From Raillietiella orientalis (lineage: Eukaryota): DNA of 64,000 nucleotides. The stretch lies in contig JAYWIR010000002.1 in the NCBI GenBank assembly GCA_036172245.1, positions 2,914,001-2,978,000 on the forward strand, written 5' to 3'. How positions within the stretch are numbered: position 1 is the first letter of the stretch; each line of letters begins with the position of its first letter. Below are positions 13,301-24,664 of this stretch, piece by piece. The notes under the pieces are model-generated. The model had not been told where the DNA came from. It made no database searches and saw nothing but the letters and a program-made list of their open reading frames with translations. Made by a program: the position numbers and the translations under genes.

Positions 13301-15805
13301 TCTCCAAAGAAAAGTACTCAGCGAAGCAGAAAGTCACTGGGACCCCATTAAAGAAACGAATCCGTTCGTCAGAAAGCTGAAGAGACTTCAAGACGTGAAG
13401 GGAAGATCTTTGGGGAAGATGCCTTCCTCAGAAGAGAACGCGGGGATGAAGATTTTTCTGTGGAGATGATGAGAGTGTGGAATGTCTTTATCGACACATG
13501 GGGAATCAAATTGGGAGCCCATCACCACGTATCTTCTTTCAATCTTCCTACACTTAGAAATATCCCGAACAAAATCTGCATGTAATATACAAGATACGAA
13601 TATAAGTATGCACATCCTATACGTAACACGTGATTACGTGCTGTATGAAATTTTTCTAGCAGCCACATTTGCGCCCAATTTTAAACCTTGGAAAATTGTA
13701 GCTGAATTTACACTGGACTCTGGACGAGATTCAGCTTGTCAGGTCATCGCATCCGATCCATCTTGGAAACTCGAGCTAAGGGAAGATGCTTCCTCGCTCC
13801 TTTCCGGTTATTAACCAAGCTTTTCTTTAACACACAATTCCGTTGAGCTGCATCCATCTCGAAAATTTTTGACGCATGTTAAAATGATTAGCTGCTGCTT
13901 GACCTCCGTCATCTTTGAAAATTCGTAGTATGAGCAATTTCTTAATAAAGAAACGAAATGCTCGAAACAGGAAATTTGTAATTAACATGTTTGCACGGAA
14001 GTTGCTTCTGCCACTTCCCTTCCAGAAATATTAAACAAAAGAACTTGAATAATTATCTATATTTTGGGGGAGGGAAGGGAGGGGGGGGGGTATGCTTTTT
14101 TCAGGAATGCTTTTATGATTCATGACTATTACCGCTAAACATAGAAGCAGCACTGTAATGATTTCCTGTTCGGTGATTCAACAGCTCCGTGTGCATTTAT
14201 TTAATTTACTTTAAATGTTTTAGATGACAGCTCGGGAGTTCCATCACACAGGACTTTGTTGATTCATGGAACTGTCTTTCATTCAGGATGGGTTCGATAG
14301 TAAACAAGAGATCAGTTTTCATGCAGTGTATGTGATACTGAAGCATTCTTAAAAACCGCTTCATTACGTGTTTGGGAGATTTAATTGCATAAATAACTTC
14401 TGGAGCACGTGAAGTTATTTATACGGGTCCTTGATGCAAATACTATACTCTATTTTCCCCATCGGGATCGTCTGTTGCTTCTCCACTGCGAATCTGAATG
14501 TTCCCAATGTGTTTAGCAGGCATTCTTCATCACAGTTATTCAGCTTTGTCCCGCAGCCTGTGAATTTCAATTTCTGGTTCTCCTGCAAACGTTTTCAGGG
14601 AAAAGTGGGACATTGTGGATTAGGTCGGAATGCAAGTAAAGTAAGCAAACACTCTCCGAGGAGTTCCTTCGTTCGTTTCTTTCATCCATGGGACGCGGAA
14701 GCATTTTTTCCAAAGATCACACCGAGTTCTGAGCACTCCGGATCTGGAACGAAGAGCTCCGAATAGAGTGTTTGAGGGGCAGAAGAATCACTTCCAACAT
14801 TTCCAAGAACTTCACTTTCGGCCCGTTGAGGTTTTCGTTTCAGGTTCAGGTCTCTTGCTGACAATTATCGTGGAAAAAAAAACACCAACAACAAAAAAAA
14901 AAGGAAAACAGATTTGTGAATCGGCATAGGAATTAAAAATTTGGTTTCTTCCTTATCCTTCCCGAACCAAAGAATTGATTTGTTGGCTGTCTCAGACTCG
15001 TTCTTCCTTCTGAATTTGAATGCAGTGGAAGAAGACAGTGTGCTGAAGACAATCCACTGAGGTTGTTGCAATTAGGATTTGCTTGCTATTGGTGCTCTCA
15101 AAACCGTTGTGGTGAGTACGGAGACTCTCCAAAAGTGTAGTGAACAGCCTATGTGGCACATTTCGATTTTTCTGTTCGTTAAGGGGGGGAGCACTTGCTG
15201 TACTTCTGAAGGAAATGATGACGAATGAAAGAGCAAAAATGATTTGCGATTGAAAGAAAGAAGAAGAAGAAAAAAAACAGTTCTTTCTTTTTCCTTTTGC
15301 ATTCTGTGCACGGTTCGTAGATGAGAGTCAATCCGAAGGAACATTGGGTCTATTTGAGACGTGTGACGAGAGAGATGCCGATCCATGGAGCAGAATCTGG
15401 AGCTGACCGGAGATGAGACGAAAACAGTTTGAAACCAGTTTCCGAGAAGAAACGGAATAAGATGAGTCTACGAATCAGAACATAACTAACAGACGGACGG
15501 AAATTTCGGAAGATGGCCCGTTTGACCACCTGATGCGGGAAACCTCCCAGCCATGATCGGAACGCAATGATCCCAATTTTTGCATTTCAACTTGGCAAAT
15601 CCTGAAGAAGAAAAAAATGCCATCGTGAACTGATGATGTGCTCTGAGGTGGGAATCCGAGCCGCCGATTGGTTTCCCGCCGTCATTTGAATGTCACGTCT
15701 CATCATTTGACGGATTTCGATGAAGTAAGGAAAATCCTTCGGCTTCATGTCAGGATGCTTGTTGTGCTCAAACGCTGCAGAGTGCAACCGAATCCATGGT
15801 TCCAT

Positions 15806-16303
15806 TGCTGAATAGGATAATGATGCCTGTCACTATAGTTGGTTAATTGGGAAGATTCCTATTAAAGAACCTAGATTTCAAGAATGAGAAATATTTGATG
15901 GTGTGGGTATGTCAATCGTGCGGGTGATTTTTTTTTTTTGTTGAGGTTTCTCTTTAATGGAGAGGGCGAAGGGGTGTTTTGGTTTGTATAATTACGTGTG
16001 GAATAATAATTGGTGTTAATATTACATAAGAAATTGGGAATCAAGATGTGGGAATATTGGGTAATGAGAGTAGGATTTTAGATGAGGAGGATGAGGGTAG
16101 GGAAGTTGGTCGGGTTGGAAGGTACTGGTGGTTTAATGCTTAGAGGCTTGAGAGTAAATGTGGATAATTCAGTAAAGGTTGAAGATGTTATGTAAGAAAA
16201 AATGATTAAGATGCCTCCGACATAGATGAGAAATAGAACGATTGCATATCATGAGAAAAGAGGTTGATGGTAATAGGAATGGTTAATGAAATGGTGGCGG
16301 CTA
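15806..16303 (-). pseudogene. nad6/cob: Nuclear mitochondrial DNA insertion (NUMT): nad6 remnant plus 5' end of cytochrome b
   Basis: Minus strand read with TGA=Trp and ATA=Met gives FSWYAIVLFLIYVGGILIIFSYM (ND6 core), MQTKTPLRPLH* (ND6 C-terminus, TAA at 15954-15956) and IDMPTPSNISHSWNLGSLMGI (cytochrome b N-terminal PxNISxxWNxGSL motif). Strong G/T versus C/A strand skew unlike the flanks. Frameshifts and deletions are present. Confidence 0.9.
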
Positions 16304-18175
16304 GAAAAAAAAAAAGAAAGCCATGGAATGACGCCTTATTACTCAGTCTTTGTTTTTTTCAGGTGAACTGCAAGCTGTTGACAAGTATCGGAACAACAGT
16401 TAACCCTAATATTCGGTTTCGTGTTACTCTGAGTACCACTGAAGGCGAAATACTCGTACATACATTTTCGATCTCTTCGGACAACGCTGATCAGAAGTCG
16501 GTCTTTACGGGAATACACTTTGGTGATGGTGGTGTTTCCTTGTGCGAGTTTCCAAGAAAGCCACGTTGACTGCGAATTGAAAGTGGACGTCGACGAATCG
16601 ACCAGAGGTCGCTGTACCCAATATCCTACTTCTCTCCAGGGATGAGTCCCTAAAATTTCGAATCCCAGCCGAAACTTGCGGGCTGGATCCTCGCTCATGG
16701 TTCCTACGGAAACTGTGTACACACACTGCTAAACCGATCCGCTCGAGATCCAGTGTTCCACGATATTCCTTGCATTTTTTTCACGCATTTTCCGTCTTCG
16801 AAAAAAAAGATGCATTTTCGGTGGAATTTCCCGTGAAAGTAGCTACGAGATGAGAATGCAGATGCAGTTTTAAGGAAACCACATAATACTTCTAGTTTGT
16901 GAGAGTTTTCTCTTCTTCCTTCTCCCATCATGCGTTCGGTTTTTTCTGGCTTTTCATTTTTGCAGCTTTGTGCAAGACAAGCAGAATGCGTTCATGATTT
17001 GACCTTTTTGCTGCCACTTCTTTGGGTCGTTTTTATTACAAATAAATTATCCTGCCATTGCTCAATTCTAAGACTACCACACACCGATGCTTGCAAACAA
17101 AAAAAAAAAGAGCAACAACCGCTTTCTAAAATATCGAATTTTTCCTTTTTTTTTTTTTTATTCAGGACTTTGCTCGCATGTATGAATGCTCGAATGCTAA
17201 ATTTTGTTTTCCGTGTACTCCATCAATTTTTATTCACAGAATTTCACGTATTTCGAGTCGATATAAAAGCCAGCCGAATTGCCTGTACGAAAAATCACTG
17301 AAATGGCAAAAAATTGTACTTCAGCATAAGTTTTACTCGAAAATGGTAGGCATGCAGTCCAAATGTTCTTCAGAATAGGGTTTCCCCTTCAGGAGTTCAG
17401 TTTTTGTGTTTTTTTAGCACGTGAATCAGTCATCACAATTGATGAATACGATTTCCTTTATATTCAGTGCATTCCAACATTTCAAGATGCCTTCCACAAA
17501 TCCAATGAGTCCGGAAATAAATCCAAGGAAATCCCTTGATCTGTAATCTTTTGACCCCATGGCTTCGAGACATTTCTCTTTGAAGTACTTCGGCCGTCGG
17601 ACGTTCTGCGCGTCCTTAAGCAGCTCAACACTTCCTCCGCTTTCATCTTAATTCAGTTTCTACCTTGCTTGTAAATACTCATTCAGATCTTTCACAAGGG
17701 AATGTATACCGATGGCTATCCCTTTTGAAAGGAAGGAATTTTTGATCTGTTTCGTCTTCAAGATCCGCGCAGTTCTTCAGTTTGGATGTCTTCATGTGGT
17801 TTCCCATTTGCTTTCCTGCCTCTTCCTCTCCTTGACTTGATGGTCCTCTGCGAAAAATCATCGTTTACTTTCTGTTGTGAGAATCCGATTCCCGCCCCCC
17901 CCCCCCCTTTTAATGCTTTCCAAACCACCAACATCCACTTGTTGAGATGACCACCATATTGCAAAGAAAGCGGAATTCTCGTAGGAAATTAGCTTTTTTT
18001 TTGTTGTTGTTGTTTTGCTGATGTACCGATTAGATCAGTTCTTTCATTGAAAACCGGTTCTATGAACACCTGATGTTATAGGACTTACAAAACGTCATGT
18101 TTATGAACCATGTGTATTTAATAATACTTACTGTACGATTGATTTATTTTAGTCCAAAAAGTTCACCTTTCATTG

Positions 18176-18513
18176 ATGTCTCTGATGGTAAAACAATTAG
18201 CTGAAGAATTTGCCGAATTCTGGGAAAATGGAAGGATATATCTACTGGAACATCCGGTTGTAGAAGGACTTGGGATATTTTTAGGAGGAGCGGGAATCTT
18301 TGGAATAATACTCCTCTTGCTTTTCGGAATTTATGGTATGTCATAAAGTCGAAAAATAGTTGGCAAAAATGTGGACTGTTCTTATTAGTGAGCTGGGTGA
18401 AGATCAATAAGTACTTTAGCATTCTCATAGGAAAATCAAGAGTATACGCGGCAGAAATCAATGCAAAACCAGAAATGAATTCAACAAATGTTGAGGGTTT
18501 TAGGGAAACATGA
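18176..18513 (+). CDS. Small single-pass membrane protein, 2 exons (18176-18335, 18389-18513), about 94 aa, unknown family
   Basis: A 53-nt GTATGT...TTATTAG intron joins two open frames in phase: MSLMVKQLAEEFAEFWENGRIYLLEHPVVEGLGIFLGGAGIFGIILLLLFGIY-VSWVKINKYFSILIGKSRVYAAEINAKPEMNSTNVEGFRET*. One long hydrophobic segment followed by lysines. A TTTTAG acceptor-like site ends at 18152. No homologue recognised. Confidence 0.6.
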
Positions 18514-21232
18514 AAGAAAGAAGAAAGATGAGCGTACAGACAGTAAAATATATGATTGTGATTATAAATGCAAGGTCTGATAAAGAGTATTTCCTATTTA
18601 AAAACTTGTGGTTGAAATCATACATTCCCTCAAAGCTTTTAGTAGCGTATCAGAGCCACTCACAGCTTTTCGCAAAAAATAGGTGCATAAGGAATGTATA
18701 CGAACATTTGGAAGTATGGACAGATGGCTTGCGCGGAGTTGAAACCAAACAAAGCTGCAGGAATACAAAATACAACTAAAATGCGAAATACGAAGCTTCA
18801 GAAAATTGCGAACATTCTGATTTGCAGGACGCATTAAAATGGTGCAAACTCTATTCATACTCAACAACGTGTACTCAAGAGCTAACGAGTTCAGTAGGTA
18901 GCAAGTCAACTTTGACCTGTATGCCTTAGGAAAGATGTGACTAGGTCTACAGCAGTATTCCATCTAGATATATGCATACCACCACAAGTATATGGTACAG
19001 CTAAGTATGCAGACATGCATTCATTCGCACACTATCCATCCTGCATAGACAGCTATAATGCGCGACTTACGATTACCGGGAGGAATTTCTTAATCCATTA
19101 CTTTTGGTAATTGGGTTAGGGGATATTAGGTAAAAAGCATCATGGAAACGACGAGATGAACAAGTTGACGACTACGCTGCTCGTCGACGCTGGAACCTTC
19201 GTTTGTGTATCTGGTGATGCACGAAAAATAAAATAGTGTTTGGGAAAGCTCGTTCGCAATTCAATCCAAATTAAATGTCAGTTCCCTTGTTTTCCTTCCA
19301 AAGCCAAGGTTTCCTTGAGAGAGGGAAAAAGGTGTTCTAACCCGTTGCTTGATGACATGAAATTTTTAGGTTTCCGTGACGATGAATTTTAGTTTGTGGT
19401 ACCTATTGCCATGCTGCTGAGTGGGCGAGGATCAAAAGATCCCTCATCTCCCGATATTAATCAAACACTTTGAAGATGAAATACAATGCTAAACCTCAAC
19501 CCGGGAACCCGGGAGTGGATGTAAATTAGAAGATGCCTTGAAGAGAAAAGCGAAAACCAAATACCGATTCAAACAAAAGCATCGTTTTCTCAAACAACCG
19601 CGAGGCTACAAACGAGAGACAAAAAAATTGTGGATCATTCATCCTTACCAAACACCCAGGTAATTTTCTATAACTGAAATGAAAAAAAAAAAAACTTTTT
19701 TTGCATATTCGAAATAGGTGGTTCTTGGAAAGAATTAAGTTCTGAAATCTCTGTACATTGAAAGAAGACTAGCCAACAGATTAGTTGCAGGAATTTGAAA
19801 TATAGTGGTGCACTAGCAAAAATATAGTTGCTATGGAAGAGAAAATATACTTAGTAAAGAAAGACTGTTAATCTGTTCGCTCAATTGTGGGAACTCATTG
19901 GTCAAAAGAACCATATGCTTGTTTTTTTTTTTTTTTTGGCTAACAAAATATCCAGGTTTTATTTCCTCGTCCATTTTAGAATTGCAATATTTTTTTACAT
20001 GTCACGAAATGAAAATTTAATACATACTACTTAGATACCGTTAATGGGCATGATTGACTCTTTCTTATGTGCAGTGGGAAAACAAACAAACAAACAAGCT
20101 AAAAGTCTCGATTCGTGGAAAGGTATCTTTATCAAGAAGTTGTAGTCAGGTGGGTGGGTGTACCCTGTTTTTTGGTGCACTGTAATCCGTACATGCACTT
20201 TCGCGCTCATCCAGTGTCGCGCAACGTGTCTTTCATTCTTGGGTGTGGAGTAAAATAAAACAGCTGAAGTGTCCTTAGGATTCCAATGGATGGGAACGAG
20301 ATGCAACCTGAGATGTGAAGCAGTCGTCCTTATTTTCGTCCAGAATCACAGAAGCTCTCAAAACTTGATGGAGGTCCATCCGTTGTAGAGTTCCTGTAGT
20401 ACAAATAGCATGGCAGTCGGCAGATACCATCGCATGAGTCGGTGCAAAATCTTTTTTTCAAATGTCGTTTATGCTCGTAAATATCAAGTGATCTCCAAAA
20501 AGAAATCACCCACTGAGAGTGATAATTTTACCCGTAAGCTCCCCATCCATGGTTCTCGTTCATAATAAGGTTCGGCTTGATTCATTAGGAATTTTAGGAA
20601 GCAGGCAAATTCAATTTTTTTTCTTCCTAAATTAGTCACACAGTAAGTAATGGTTCGTCTCTTATACAGATGTATTATATATTCATACAGATATATCTCT
20701 TAAACAGATATATTTATACAGATATCATCTCAACTGTGGTAGAGTGCAAGAGTTGCCACGTGCTTGCGATTCTACCGAGTTGTCATTAAATAAAACTCGC
20801 AATATCGCTTCATACGTGTTCGTTTTTGTTTTTCAGGGGCAGAAACTTTTCTAAGGAAGTACAAGTTTGTTTTAAAAAAGAAAATTGGACTTCATGTTTT
20901 TTTTTTTTTCCACAAAAAATATCTAGTGCATCCTCAAAAATTCTGAAACATTTTGGGAGTGCATGGGAAACCCGCGAAAACTTTCATTATGGAACGAACA
21001 CACGTCCAATATAAACGAATGTTTGCAACTCTGAATCATCCTAAAGCAAGATTTTGGGAAAAAACCCTCATTGATTCAAAATAGTGCATTTGTTCCAGAA
21101 GTTTTTTTTTTCTTTTTTTAAAAAAAAAATCGTAACTATGCTGTCTGGTTCAACTCGTTGTCACAAAACAGAATATGGGAAAACCTTGCAACCCGAGATG
21201 TCACGATTAGATCAACTTTCACTTTTTCAGAG

Positions 21233-21718
21233 CTAGAATTCAGTTAATTTGAAAAATTTGTCGAGATCCTGTGCAAGGGGCACAAAAATGCCAATTGGCG
21301 ACAAATTGCCCTCTTCGTTTACAAAATTGAACGAGTCGCAACTTATAGGAGTAGACTTTTTAGCAAAAGAACTCTGCTTCCGAAATGCTAAAAGAAATGG
21401 CGATAATTGTTCAGATAAAAAGAATTCGTGTTCATTTTTAATACACGGGCACCAATTCATCTTATTCTCACCCATGTTCCATGACAAAGAACAAATTACA
21501 TAATGAAGTAGGTACAAAGTGGGTTCTGCATACTGAACTTCATCTTTAAATGAAAAGCTTTCGTACACTCGTCTATTATATAATATGCATGAGCAACTAG
21601 ATTTTACAGTATAGTGAAAATTCATCGGGGAAGCTTTTGCATCCCTAGAGGATTCCGAATTCAGAAACTTCAAAGTGCTTATCTTTGAATATAGCTCTAA
21701 GTTTAGAAGGTTCCACAT
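21233..21718 (-). CDS. Hypothetical 161-aa protein (orphan ORF or terminal exon)
   Basis: 161 stop-free codons in AT-rich DNA where stops should be frequent. A TTTCAG acceptor-like site lies 23 nt upstream of the ATG. No recognisable motif. Confidence 0.4.
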   Translation of the reverse strand: MWNLLNLELYSKISTLKFLNSESSRDAKASPMNFHYTVKSSCSCILYNRRVYESFSFKDEVQYAEPTLYLLHYVICSLSWNMGENKMNWCPCIKNEHEFFLSEQLSPFLLAFRKQSSFAKKSTPISCDSFNFVNEEGNLSPIGIFVPLAQDLDKFFKLTEF

Positions 21719-24664
21719 TAGTGTCCGAGGAGATCAAGTAGCTGAAAGTTCCTTTTCTCAGCTTTCGAGGAATTGTCCCATTACTCATAGATTATCGATT
21801 CCGAGCTTTCAATTGAATTACTCATATAGTGTTGAAATTACATAATCAAAAGGAAGCTGTTGTAGTCTTTATCGGAGCATTCAGATACACTGAAACTCTT
21901 GTCAGGAATTCCGAGCAGACATTACTGTTAATTTCATCAGGCTTTTCTTTGTGTACAATTCCTTTATCTTGGAAACAGTCATAAAAGCAAGTTGACTAAC
22001 TGAATTTCTATGAAATAATGCAGAAAAGAATTTCTTTCGGCAGATAGGTTCCTTTGTGTTGAAAGATTTGAATGCTCATGAAAGACAACGGTCCTTCGCA
22101 GGAACCATTCTGTAAGCTCTCATGAGCACAATAGAAGCACAATTTTTCTATAGGTCTGAACCGTAATCTGTTATTGTGATTCTCGAAATGTACACGTTAC
22201 TGCAAGTGAATCTGGAGGTGAATAATAAACGTCTCACGGGTATTAATTTTTTATGTAGGCCAGTCAGGCTTCTAGTTAGGCACTGATCTGGATCTTCGAT
22301 ATGTGGAACCAATGATTTGCAACTTAAAAGGCATGAATATGAGAAGAGATAAATTCTAGGACCAAAGAGGAAGAAAGAACATTAGAAGCCATGGATTAAT
22401 ATTCAGAAATCCTACAAGGTGTACAAATATAACGGTGATGCTAATTATTCTTTTGGTGAATACATGATTTTAAAAACTAAGGAATCAAAGAGATTTATCA
22501 GTACAAATACAAATTTATGATCACTGTCGTTTTTTTTTTTTTTTTCTTTTTGCAAAATGAACGAAACGATTGCTTTATCTTTACTCATCAAGAAAATCTC
22601 ACTGCATATACATTAATTTTAATTTCATTAACATTTATTGCTTTAGCAGTGAGGCGTATCTTATTTTTACTCCACAGTAAGCTAATCAGCCACTCATAGA
22701 CGTCTTTCAATACCTTCATTTCAATTTTGAGAAAAGTTGCATTTTTTGTCTTTTTTCTTCGAGTAACTGTCCTAAAGGAAATTTCATAGATTATCTTTTA
22801 TTTCAGTTAATCATTCCTTTAGTTCTTCAAAGGTAATTCACACCCAAGTCCCTATTTCGAACCAGAAAACAAGTTCGCCTTGGTGTTTCAGAAGACTTTA
22901 ATTTATAACTGGAAAAAGAAGTAGTAGTTGCTGTCGTTAATGCCACACCATTGGAACGCAGTAGGACATGTTTTCAAACAGATGCAAAATCAATGGCTTC
23001 CGGACTTCGAAATCTTAAAAATGTTATTCTTGATTACGTAATTAAAAAAAGGGAGACATAGAGACTGATTTAAAACTGTTCGCGTTAAGAATAATACCTG
23101 CATCTTACTAAATACATGATAACTTTTTGATAAAAGTCGGATGACATTCTCAACCCTTGAGGTAGTGGGGAGTATCTTCATTTTGGGTGGTCACTGTTTT
23201 CAATCAAAGCATCAAGTATGAAAATTAACATGTAGTTTCTTGACACTTTGATGCTGGTATCTTCTTGGGAACATGTAACACTAGCTTTTAATATACATCA
23301 ACTTTTTTATAAACACAGATAAAAGAAATAAAGATATAGCATGGAAGATGTTGAAGACTTCACTGTATGCAATTATATTTGGAAAGTGAAAATTTATAGG
23401 TAAATTGCTTTGGACATTTCTGCCGAAACTTTCGAGTATTAAAATCTTTCCAAAGTCAGTGCAACATTGCGATAACATAGTTTAGTTTTTCTCAAACTAT
23501 ATGCTTTATTTTTTCCTACAGTCAATGGAAATAATATACCAAAAAAGTATAGTATTCGTGGTTTCAAGATATCTTCTTAAAAGAATTTGAAATGAAAAGG
23601 GTAGGTCTAATTTTGAAAAAGAGGAAGTAAGTCTCTTTTATCTCTGTGTGTCAGCAAACTGAAAAACGGCAAATTTACTTTTCACAGTGATAAATAATTT
23701 AATAATTCAATGGCTTAGATAAAAGCAGTGCATATAAGCTGTTTTCGAAATGCACTTAAAGGGAAGTAGCATGCCCTGAATTAGTTATACTTATTCACAA
23801 TTTCATCTAATATGATCATTTTTTCGTTAACAAGAAATTTCACTCCCTCAGCTCAACTTAGGAAGCTGGAATAAGTTTAATAGTATCAAAGTAACTTAAT
23901 TCTCCTCCACTCCATTTGGTTTACTTAGACATTTGTGATCTTCAAAATTCTGCTATCGCTGCTTCCTATATCAGAAATATCGGAAACGAAAGCTCACTTA
24001 TGGACATCTGAAGTTGGTACGGGAACTATATCTAAGTTATGCTTGCAAAGTTCAATCGCTCTCCAAGACGATACAAATGTGCATGGGCCATAATTAAAAT
24101 TGTATGAAATCTGTGAGGCTGAGAATTGATCATCTTTTCAACTGTAATGTCGTGGATGCAATTTCATTGTATTCATTGTTGAAATCGTCCCATTTGTTTG
24201 GAACATCAAAATCTCAGGTGGAAATGGAAGAAAATTAAAGAAAAGAAGAAGCAGATTTGATCCTTTGGATTTTTCACATTGTGTAAATTCACATTCTTAA
24301 TGCAATTTCATTAGTGAAAAGCTTACAACGCAAGCCAGTTGATATTTGAGAATTATTTGAAAATTATGAAAATAAAGCGAATGCCTCATTAAATTCCGTT
24401 TTCTGAGAGGTGCTATGCTTTGGTACTCCTACCAATCCCGGCACCTTGCAGAGACGTGCGCTTAGGGTGACCTCTCTATGTGTGCCCTGTAGTCGATGTT
24501 AAGAATGCAAGTAAAGACATTTCTCATTTTAAAATGTTTTCAGTAAATAAAAATTTCTCAAGTACGTTATCAATCTAGGTTTTGTAGTTTTTAAAACTCA
24601 ATTTTATTTAATCAAATGTTTTTACAACAATTAGGAACCACGGTTTAATGTGCTAATTGTTAGA

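Noticed and set aside
21250..21345. Plus-strand peptide FEKFVEILCKGHKNANWRQIALF resembling a Bcl-2 BH1 motif
   Set aside because: Lacks the NWGR glycine, the frame is short and closed by stops, and it overlaps the longer minus-strand ORF.
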